Shown here in pieces: positions 10,123 through 18,878 of a stretch of DNA of 64,000 nt. Position 1 is the stretch's first letter; each line of letters opens with the position of its first letter. A program made the position numbers and the translations under genes. The notes under the pieces are model-generated. The model was not told where the DNA came from. It was given only the letters and a program-made list of their open reading frames with translations, and did not search any database. This stretch comes from Lepidodermella squamata (taxonomy: Eukaryota > Animalia > Gastrotricha), in assembly GCA_047495785.1 (NCBI GenBank), contig JBLDXI010000042.1:1674001-1738000 (forward strand), in the 5' to 3' direction.

Positions 10123-11869
10123 TTATTTAGCTATAGGTCTAATTTGCACAAGTATTACTGCTTTACCGCTAACAAATTTCACTGGCAAGCCAGAGTCTTT
10201 AAATATCTGAATCTCTATTACGGATAACACGCGGCGTTTAATCGGAACAAATATTGGCTTTTCAAACATTATGGAGAAAAATCCGCCTCTTTCATTAGTT
10301 TTTTCTGTTGGTATCACTCGCAGAAGTGGAGTGCGCGTGTTTCCCACGTACACGTCATCAATTACATCAGCGTACAAAAACAAGAAGGGCATTCCATAGT
10401 CCAACTGAGGCGCGAATTTCGCTGTCATTTTCTCTTTGACATCATGATAAGTGTAGGTGTATTCTACTGTTGATATGACTTGCTGCTCTTTCGAGTCTGA
10501 TTGGGGTTTAGCTGAAGCACTGATGTTCGCAGGCTCGTTCTCGTCAGGGACTTCGTCCGAGGCCGCGTTCTGAGCTTCGCCGCTGGAGCTCGTAGTGCTG
10601 GGCGCTGGTACGTTCTCATCAGGCTCGTCATTGTTCCCGGGGACGTCGTTCGAGGCTGCGTTCTGAGCTTCTGCGGGGTTGTTGGGTGTGACTTCGCCCT
10701 GAGCTTCGTTGTTGGAGATTGCGGGAGGATCGGTGTTGGAAGCAGGTACGTTCTCGTCAGGGACGTCGTCCGAGGCCGTGTTCTGAGCTTCGCTGCTGGA
10801 GCTTGGTGGAGGCTCTTTCTTGGCTTCGACTGCGTTCTGAGCATCGCTGCTGGAGCTTGCGGAAGGCTCTTTCTTGGCTTCGACAGCGTTCTGAGCATCG
10901 CTGCTGGAGCTTGCGGGAGGCTCGCTGTTGTTTGCGGCTGCACTATTGCTCGGCTCTTCGGTTTCTTCCGCTACATCTTCATGCTGTTCGATATCCACGT
11001 TGTCCTCGGCATTTTCCGCCTCGGATCCCCCCCATTCATCGTCTCCATATGCTGCTACAAATTGAACCGGTTCATTACGTTTCGCTATCTTCCGAGGTGG
11101 TTGCTCTTCTGTTGGAGCCGATCGCCGGATCCTACTAGTCTTTGCTATCTCCTCCTGCATGAATAATTGACCAGTAACTTTAAGCTTGTTGTCATTTATT
11201 GATGACAATGCCATGCGATATGGTATTTTCTGGCGGTTTCCTCGAATAACATATCCCAGCATGTGCATGAACGCTTCGGCTTTCTCCCTATATTTCCGCT
11301 GGTTTTTCATGTTCTTTGCGCCGTACTCGTTGAATGCTATGAAGGCTTCTGGGAATCCAAGGACTTGAGCTAATTCTTTCGGTATGAATATGCCCCAACG
11401 TCCTTGTTCTACCTTTACGGATACCCGATTTGCTATTTTCGTATAGTCAAATGATATAGCTTTGGTTATCTGCTTGATTTCTGTCACCATGTGCTCCAAC
11501 AACTCCTCGATGCTAGAGTAGTAGACGCCACCAACTTGGCACTCGTGCATTTGCGACGCGTCAAATGGATCCGCCAAGTTTACTTCAGTATTGTGCACCC
11601 AGTCACTGTCAAAGATATAATATTTTGTTGGTTCCAGTGATTCCCACGCTGCCGGTCCGTTAAATTCTACCAGCCCCATTTCCCATTGACCTACGTACGT
11701 ACGCGTTCACTTAACAGTTTGGTTTATTTCTTTTTGAATACTTACCTACTGTACCTAGATCAATCTCATTAGCTAATTTCACGCGATACGAAGACGGCGT
11801 GTTATCAGGAAATAGATCATTCGATGCGTTCGACGGCAAATAGAGCAGAAATTCTTGCTGTGCGCTCAT
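10123..11869 (-). CDS. Minor capsid protein (penton) with a large acidic low-complexity insert; intron 11691-11745
   Basis: N-terminus FLLYLPSNAS..FPDNTPSSYRVKL..GTV|GQWEMGLVE; C-terminus LYADVI..YVGNTRTPLLRVIP..IEIQI.KD.G.PV.F..GK. Confidence 0.9.
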
Positions 11870-12132
11870 TTCGTATTATTAGCAATTGTCAAGGCTATGC
11901 AATTGATCAGTCGATCGTTCCAAGATCGTGCGACTTCCACAGTGCAGTACGTGATAATTATTGCGAACAAGGATAATAAGCCGATGCTCTTCTTCTTACT
12001 CTTAAGTGTCGCTGCTAATCTGCTACTGACAGAGCTGCTATGTGGACTACTCGTCCTTTTAAATAAGCTCGAGTCCACTTGATCTTCCCCTGCAGATGGC
12101 ATGCGACATGGTAGTGATGTTGTAGCACGCAT
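11866..12132 (-). CDS. Small single-pass membrane protein (88 aa)
   Basis: KKK followed by hydrophobic SIGLLSLFAIIITYCTV; its stop overlaps the penton ATG and its ATG abuts the upstream stop. Confidence 0.55.
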   Translation of the reverse strand: MRATTSLPCRMPSAGEDQVDSSLFKRTSSPHSSSVSSRLAATLKSKKKSIGLLSLFAIIITYCTVEVARSWNDRLINCIALTIANNTK

Positions 12133-12210
12133 TTATCGGCGACGACGTCTGTGGTATCGTTTGCGTGCTGTGTGTCTTCGCTTTCGGATTGCTCGTCTAG
12201 GTCCTGGCAT
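12133..12210 (-). CDS. Protamine-like 25-aa DNA-condensing peptide
   Basis: MPGPRRAIRKRRHTARKRYHRRRRR*; fills the gap between the integrase stop and the next ATG. Confidence 0.65.
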   Translation of the reverse strand: MPGPRRAIRKRRHTARKRYHRRRRR

Positions 12211-12211
12211 T

Positions 12212-13453
12212 TTATTTCCGCTTCCGCTTCGATTTTTGCGCCTTTAAATATTCATTTTCTACGGCTTTGATTTCTCCGATCGGTTCCCACGAGCTCTGCG
12301 ATTTAGGAAACCCTACCCAACTGACCAGCACTCTAGTTGTTCCGTCCTTGAACTTTCTCTTTTCCTTACCAACTTCGGCTATCAGGTACTCATCAGGAAG
12401 CTTGACCTTTTGAAGCTCGTAACTATAAAAAACTCCGGCCAGCGGCTCTGTGTAGTCTCCCTTCTCCTTATTCCACTCATTGAGCTTATAAGTGTAGGGA
12501 CCGAATTTGTCTGGCTTAATTATCCTCGAAATTTTAAAGTATTCGTCCGTGTATACAAAGTGGCGGGCTCGATCGAATACCCCCCTTTCAGCTGATATCC
12601 GAACTACATCTCCGACCTGGAATTTCGCCTTTGATTTTCTCTCTTTTTTATGTTCTTCAACAGGACCGTATATATTTTCATAAGCTTGAAATTGCTTCAG
12701 GCTGTCCTCGTATATGTCCAGATTGAGGTCTTTGTCGCTTTCAATTTTCCTACCGGTTTCTTTGTCATTATACAGCTCCGCCGGTGTAAATTTCGTTGAA
12801 GAGTGAATGCTCTGATTATAGACTCGGACAATATCCTGCAAGTCATCTACGTATCTTCTATCATTCCGTGCTATCGCTAGTTTCGCAAGTCTCATGCGAA
12901 GCAATTTGTTGAACGACTCAATCTGAGGAACCTTCTTCTCTGAATTAGTTGCAAAATAATGTATTGATTCTGATTTCAGATATTGCTCTACATGCTTGTT
13001 GAAAAATTCTGATCCTCTGTCAAATACGACAGCTGACGGTTTTTGCTTGGCATCTCTCAAGACCAATTTCAGTGCTCTTAACGTTTCTAGACCAGTCTTA
13101 TTGAGCATCGGCTGCACCCAGGCGAATCGGCTATATGTATCCTTTGCTGTCAACAAGTATTGAACGTTATCGTTCTCGTCTTTGACGTTTTTCACATCCA
13201 GCAAGTCCATGGCGAACATACTTCTTCTACTGAAACAAGCTACTTTACGCATTAGCCGATTCCGCGTTCCAACTTGCTTATACACGCTCCATGCTCGCTG
13301 GTTCCCGAGCCACTCTCGCACTTCCTTGAAAGAAATCCTGCGATTTGGATACTTGGCCTTATACGAGTTGTACAGCGATGATATACTGCCGAGACTCCCC
13401 TTCTCCGCTGGTGTAAAATATATTTTCCTGAGACCTTCATCCGTAGCCGACAT
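12212..13453 (-). CDS. Retroviral-like (rve) integrase with C-terminal chromodomain
   Basis: DDE motifs FAMDLLD, VFDRGSEF and IESFNK; chromodomain-like VLVSWVGFPKSQSSWEP. Confidence 0.93.
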   Translation of the reverse strand: MSATDEGLRKIYFTPAEKGSLGSISSLYNSYKAKYPNRRISFKEVREWLGNQRAWSVYKQVGTRNRLMRKVACFSRRSMFAMDLLDVKNVKDENDNVQYLLTAKDTYSRFAWVQPMLNKTGLETLRALKLVLRDAKQKPSAVVFDRGSEFFNKHVEQYLKSESIHYFATNSEKKVPQIESFNKLLRMRLAKLAIARNDRRYVDDLQDIVRVYNQSIHSSTKFTPAELYNDKETGRKIESDKDLNLDIYEDSLKQFQAYENIYGPVEEHKKERKSKAKFQVGDVVRISAERGVFDRARHFVYTDEYFKISRIIKPDKFGPYTYKLNEWNKEKGDYTEPLAGVFYSYELQKVKLPDEYLIAEVGKEKRKFKDGTTRVLVSWVGFPKSQSSWEPIGEIKAVENEYLKAQKSKRKRK

Positions 13454-13497
13454 TCTCGATCTATATTATTACATTTCCAAGCGTTTTAAATATAGGA
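13454..13497. promoter_or_regulatory. 44-bp divergent intergenic region (putative bidirectional promoter)
   Basis: AT-rich (TATATTATT, TTTTAAATATA) gap between the head-to-head integrase and kinase ATGs. Confidence 0.4.
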
Positions 13498-14426
13498 ATG
13501 GAAAATTATTCATACATCCGATTAGTTGGATCTGGATCTTTTGGAAGTGTAAGCTTACAGCGACACGTTAAACTTAACCGAATCTTTGCTGTGAAAATGA
13601 TAAATACCACGCATCCTGTATTTCTTGAATCTGCACATCGCGAAGTCCAGTCTCTCCAATTGCTCAAAAATGCTCCGAACGTCGTCAAGTAATGATTAGA
13701 TAACAATCCGTTGCATTTAATGCTCATTTTTCGCACAGATTACACGAGGTACTGTATACGTCAAGACGGGCTTTTCTCGTCTTGGAATGCCATCTTATGG
13801 ATTTGAGAAAGCTGATAGAACTCCTGTCTCGACCTTGGCCGCTCACACTACTCGAACGATGGTTCAGTCAGCTATTGTCCGCTCTGGATTACATCCATGA
13901 GAAAGGCATCATTCATCGCGATGTCTGCCCACAGGTTTGCTTTTCCCAACGATGCGTGTACCCAACTACCTTTCTTCTACAGAATGTTCTACTTCAATCC
14001 AGCTGGGTCGATGTTTCCCTCGGAGATTTCGGCATCTCTCGATTAGTACCTGACCATGATACCTGCCCTAACATGACAGGGACTGTTACCGTTTTTCGCT
14101 ATCGGGCGATTGAAATCATGTTCCCAAAACCTTACTACACTAACAAGATTGATATTTGGTCACTAGCTGCTACTATCATTGAGCTCGTCACTCTCACTCC
14201 TTTTTTTAACGCTCGAACCCCTGTAACCATGTTAGCTGATATGAAATCTAAAACTTCTAGTCGCGATGTTTTCTTTAGGTCGTTAGAGACATTTGTGCAT
14301 TGCGATTTTTCTGAATATCGTCATCTGCTAACTACGCTGTACTCGATGTTTGATAACGACCCGATCTACCGTCCAACTGCTAGCACCTGTTTATATCGCG
14401 CTTCTCTTCGAACCTGGTATTATTGA
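13498..14426 (+). CDS. CMGC/CDK-like Ser/Thr kinase; introns 13689-13738 and 13935-13982
   Basis: GSGSFG, FAVK, AHREV, HRDVCPQ|NVLL, DFG, TVTVFRYRAIE and DIWS motifs. Confidence 0.9.
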
Positions 14427-15062
14427 ATGCAAACTTTCGACATCAATGTTTCAGTTTCAAACGTTGTCGCTACTTTCCACGCTGGATGCACTATTGATTT
14501 AAAGCATCTGGCTAATCACGGAGTTAACACATATTATGATAGCAGAAAAATCCCTGTTTCAACTAAGATTCGATTTCCCTCTGGTGCCACTGCAATGGTT
14601 TACAGCAGCGGTAGTGTTATTGTCATCGGCGGCAGGGGATCGCGAAATGTTCCAGATTTCGAGTCTCAGGCGTTCCTAATCATGCTAAAGCTAAAAAAGT
14701 GGATGTCATCGTCTGAAATATCATTCAATAATTTCAAGATACAAAATATTGTCATCACCGGACAGTTACCCTTCCGGTTTTCAAACATTTCATCGCTTTA
14801 CTCTAGTCTCTCCTCTCTGCCAGGACTACGAGTAGTTTACATACCAGAATCATTCTGCGCTATGCGAATCACTTTGAACAATAAGAAGATAAGCTTCTTC
14901 CCGAGTTCTCACAAGTTTAACATTCTCGGCGTTGATAGCATAGATCAAGGATTATCTATTATTCAGTCCTTTGCTCAGCTGTGTATCAACATCTACGAGA
15001 AGGATCTATCAGACCTTACCCTGACCAAAGAAGATCTGGATTTTCTATTTGGCAATATTTGA
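14427..15062 (+). CDS. TATA-binding protein-like factor (most like TRF2/TBPL1)
   Basis: Two TBP repeats: DINVSNVVATFHAGCTIDLKHLA..ATAMVYSSGSVIVIG and FKIQNIVITG..YIPESF..KISFFPSSHKFNILG. Confidence 0.85.
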   Translation: MQTFDINVSVSNVVATFHAGCTIDLKHLANHGVNTYYDSRKIPVSTKIRFPSGATAMVYSSGSVIVIGGRGSRNVPDFESQAFLIMLKLKKWMSSSEISFNNFKIQNIVITGQLPFRFSNISSLYSSLSSLPGLRVVYIPESFCAMRITLNNKKISFFPSSHKFNILGVDSIDQGLSIIQSFAQLCINIYEKDLSDLTLTKEDLDFLFGNI

Positions 15063-15069
15063 GTTGGTA

Positions 15070-15221
15070 CAAATAAAAAATCGATCTTCCGCTGATCACC
15101 CGTGTTTTATTTTTCTCATGTTCCGATTTTCAACCTAAATTTTCAAAAAGTACCGATTTTTCATTCACTTTTCATTCCCAACTAATTTACGCATTTTTTA
15201 CTCGAACTAACTAATACTACT
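15070..15221. repeat. Probable right terminal inverted repeat of the Polinton
   Basis: Noncoding, ends AACTAACTAATACTACT; next 6 bp (CTCACA) are the predicted TSD. The partner TIR is outside the window, so the inner boundary is a guess. Confidence 0.6.
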
Positions 15222-15425
15222 CTCACAGTCACCAAATGTTAAAAACCAATCATAGGGATAATCGTGACTAATTCGCCATTCTCTGCTTATTGAGCTTATT
15301 GAGATATCATCAATTATCAATTGATCGCTTACAATTTCATGCAATAATTCACAAATGTGTGATAATGTCTTACATCTATGCATTTATGATAGGTAATAGG
15401 ATTTTTCTGGCAGCTGGCAATAAAT

Positions 15426-16916
15426 ATGTCCGAACTACTCGGGTTAGTCGCACTAATGCTACTTGCAATACTATTATGTGCAATAATACTAAGTCCCGAC
15501 GCATCCTCATATCAAGGCGGCAATTTTGAGTTGTTCGCCGAGCATTACGGATTAAAAATGCAAGAAATTAATGACCAGCTGATAAATCCACTGCCTAAAG
15601 AAGGCGGCCGAAAAATGCCATTCTTCACCTTACACATGGGGCAACTTCACAAGGGTGATTCCTTTGTTGTCATAGCGAGCCGTGGATCTGGAAAATCTCG
15701 CATTTGGGAAGAGTGGAGAAATGATTTCATTTCCATCGGGGAATACCTTGTCGTTAAAGTTGACAACCTGGATTTTAACGAGGCGCTGGCCAACTTCTGG
15801 GAACAGAAAGGTGTTCTCGACGCTGCAAACATTGGTGATTACATCGCCAACCACTGGACAGAACAAGAAATGGTCGATTTTGTTCATTCTCGTACGGTTC
15901 AGCTATTGCTAGGCGGCGAGCACAGATCTGAAATCATCCGGTCGCTCAGGGCCAGCAATGAAGACGAGAAGGTAATATTCGCACTGCTGATCATTCTGTA
16001 CTGCCCTACGTACCAACTGGAAACAGCAATAGACTTCGTCAATGAAATTTTTCCGACGAAATGCTATATGTTTAGTTGTGATACAAAAGTGACACAACAT
16101 CAGTGTACCCCAATGGAGATCAACTACAATACGAACAGTCCTCTGCTGAAATATCTCTTGATACTACCTCCCGGCAACACTAAAATAAATGTGCTATGCT
16201 CAATCGCAAAAGCAAGAGGACGCAACGGAATAGATTCTGTGTTGCCTATTCAAGGTGGAGTTGAGCAACGGGCTTATTCCATGTTCAAAAGCTTGGTGGG
16301 AATCCTGAAGTCTAGAGTTAACAAGAAAACGTGGGTGGTTTTCGATGGCATAGACGAAGTGGAAATGTTCGACCTTGTTAGGAAAGACAAGTGCAACTCG
16401 CCGCCCTTCTCGAAAGTGATCAAATCGTTTCGCGATATTCTTAAAATGGCTGCTGACAACGCTGCAAAGTTTCAGGTTATGCTATTCCTGCCGCAGTGTC
16501 CTGGCCTCGACTTGAAACTGTCGCTTCCTGACTGGAGGGAAGACAAAGTTAAACTGGTGGAAATAATCTGGACCAAACCGTTGCTTCATGCGTACGGCGA
16601 TTTTGTTGTATCAAAGTTTCCACTGTACCAACGGGAAAGATTTGCGAGGTTCTTATGGTATTGGACAGTTCCAGAGAACTTTTCTACGCTAATCGGCGGC
16701 GACAATTGCGTCGATTATTTTTTAGCAGCAGTCGACTGCCCTCGCGAATTCAATCATTTGCTGAAATTGTTCATCCAGGAACTGGAAGTCGAAAATGAAC
16801 ACTTTGTAGGCAAATCCGACTGCTCAACTATCCAAAAGGCAGTTGGAGCATTCCAGGGAAATGCGAGCAGAGATGAAAGAAAAATATCCACTGAATATAC
16901 AAAGGACGAACTTTAA
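15426..16916 (+). CDS. Intronless P-loop NTPase with N-terminal signal/anchor and C-terminal KDEL
   Basis: Hydrophobic N-terminus, Walker A ASRGSGKS, Walker B VVFDGIDE, ends TKDEL*. Confidence 0.85.
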   Translation: MSELLGLVALMLLAILLCAIILSPDASSYQGGNFELFAEHYGLKMQEINDQLINPLPKEGGRKMPFFTLHMGQLHKGDSFVVIASRGSGKSRIWEEWRNDFISIGEYLVVKVDNLDFNEALANFWEQKGVLDAANIGDYIANHWTEQEMVDFVHSRTVQLLLGGEHRSEIIRSLRASNEDEKVIFALLIILYCPTYQLETAIDFVNEIFPTKCYMFSCDTKVTQHQCTPMEINYNTNSPLLKYLLILPPGNTKINVLCSIAKARGRNGIDSVLPIQGGVEQRAYSMFKSLVGILKSRVNKKTWVVFDGIDEVEMFDLVRKDKCNSPPFSKVIKSFRDILKMAADNAAKFQVMLFLPQCPGLDLKLSLPDWREDKVKLVEIIWTKPLLHAYGDFVVSKFPLYQRERFARFLWYWTVPENFSTLIGGDNCVDYFLAAVDCPREFNHLLKLFIQELEVENEHFVGKSDCSTIQKAVGAFQGNASRDERKISTEYTKDEL

Positions 16917-17689
16917 GACTTCTAAGTTCGGTTGATTTGTTGATGAATTTAACAATCTGATGATTTACTGAATCAGCTTCTCTTTTGATTTCGCATATTG
17001 TGATGTCATAAATAAAATAAAAACAAGGATTTAACAACAGTGCGGTTTTCCGCATCGGTCCCCGCTTCCTCCGCTCCTTTTCATCATCCACACCAGCGAC
17101 CTGCTCCGCGAAATATAAGTTTAGAACCATTTCCCACCTCTTAGAGCTCGATTGTTTCCCCACATTTTGCGTGCTGAGATACATGGGTTTGAAAAGTGAA
17201 TTTACGCTTTTTTCCTGCGAGGCCAATTTGTTGACTGTTGCCATTGTTTAATATGCAGCGATTACGGAAAATCAGCGGCAATTTCAGACTGAAAAACCGG
17301 GTGGGATCAAAATCGCTCGAAAAAAACCCAAAATTAAGTTATCAACCGTCATTTATTGAGTAGTAGAACAAAGATGAACATTAACTGAGCTCATCACATG
17401 CATAATTCCAAGTTCAGGCCTTTACAGACTGAATTGTCTTTTAATCGGAAGTAACCAGCATGGTCGTGCTTTACAAACACCACCACGTGATTTCGGTCGA
17501 TTGTCGAGTTTTCACCATTCGATTTTAGAGCCGTAACATTTGCAAGCGGACAAAAATCGACTATGCTTTCGCAACCCCTTTGTTTTATGCTTTTTGGTTT
17601 CATGTTTCGCCATTTACAGCTTTTTTGAATTTCCTTCAAAAGTAAATGAAATTTTACTTATTTTTTAGGCAATGGAGTCCCGTGTTTAT

Positions 17690-18442
17690 TGAATAATGTT
17701 GCTAACTCTTGACAGCCAACGAACAACGAACAGTGCTTGTGTACTTGGCTGTAATGCGAATAAACTTTATCATTATTTTCCAGTTTCCAGTTCGCTAAGC
17801 GTTTTAAAACTCATTTTAACAATTACACTTTCGCCAAAGAACCGGAAAACGCCATCAATTTAATTCATCTAGGCACTTTTGCCAACAAAATGGATTTCCT
17901 CTCTAACAAATCCGAAAATATCCGCTGATTTAGTCGAAGCTGTTCGAAACAATCGAATGCCCGTCTCTTTATAGTTTATAGTTTTGTTGCTTCAATTGAT
18001 AAATAGTAAATAGGAAATATCTTTGCCGTTACACTTTCATGTGTCCGAAATCAGTTTCAGAGCATGTGTGACTGGATAAAATGAAAAATAATTGAGCTCA
18101 TTTTTCTTAATTTTAATGGCCTCAACACTCAACACTCATTCGCAGGTTATTCGCAGGTTATACCCCCTGCTTTTCCTTGAGCTAAAAAATGGATTTTTTC
18201 GATGAAACGCGTGCTTTATTTGCGCCATTTTATAAAACAAAATGACTAAAAGAAACGTGAAAACACAAAAAATTTATAAACGATATGAACGAATATCAAT
18301 GAAACGACCATTTTATTTTCATTTTATTTTAAAATGAAATAAAATTGAGATAAAGAAACGCACCCATAGTTTATTCGCACTACAAATAAGTACATAACAC
18401 GAACACAGTTCGTTGCCTTTCAAGAGTTAGCAACATTATTCA
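17690..18442. repeat. Inverted duplication (~80 bp) of the stop and 3'UTR of the mucin-stalk gene
   Basis: TGAATAATGTTGCTAACTCTTGA at 17690-17712 is the exact reverse complement of 18420-18442; weaker similarity continues to the AATAAA. Confidence 0.7.
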
Positions 18443-18838
18443 GCGTTGTAAATGAACACAGCGACTCCATAGACTGCGTAAATCAGTCCAAATGTGATTT
18501 TGCTCGAGCTGCTCTTTTGCGCAACTGGGGTACTCTCGGCTTTCGATGCTGGGGTAGTTGCTGATGATGCGGCAGCAGAAGCTGTAGATGAAATAGTCTC
18601 ATCCTGTTTTGACGTCGAAACTCCGGTGGTTGTTGTGGTTGACTTTATTGTCATTTGCGTGCTGCTCTTTTGCGCAACTGGGGTACTCTCGGCTTTCGAT
18701 GCTGGGCCAGTTGCTGATGATGCGGTCTCACCCTGTTTTGACGTCGAAACTCCGGTGGTTGTTGTGGTTGGCTTTGTTGTCATTTGCGTGGTACCTTTAG
18801 TCGACGTCGGGGATGCTGTCGTGGCTGGGACTGCGGCG

Positions 18839-18878
<40 letters not shown>

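Larger units (their letters stand above)
1..15221. mobile_element. Polinton/Maverick (adintovirus-like endogenous virus), right ~15 kb; left end lies upstream of the window
   Basis: Full core set present: pPolB, A32/FtsK-like ATPase, adenain-like protease, major capsid, penton and rve integrase. Terminal ACTACT at 15216-15221 matches the Polinton AGTAGT...ACTACT ends. Confidence 0.95.

Noticed and set aside
15426-16916. KDEL ATPase as Polinton cargo
   Set aside because: It lies beyond the ACTACT terminus at 15221, and no second terminus was seen downstream.
18839-18878. (AGT)n run as a Polinton left terminus
   Set aside because: It is a coding poly-Thr microsatellite within the mucin-stalk exon.
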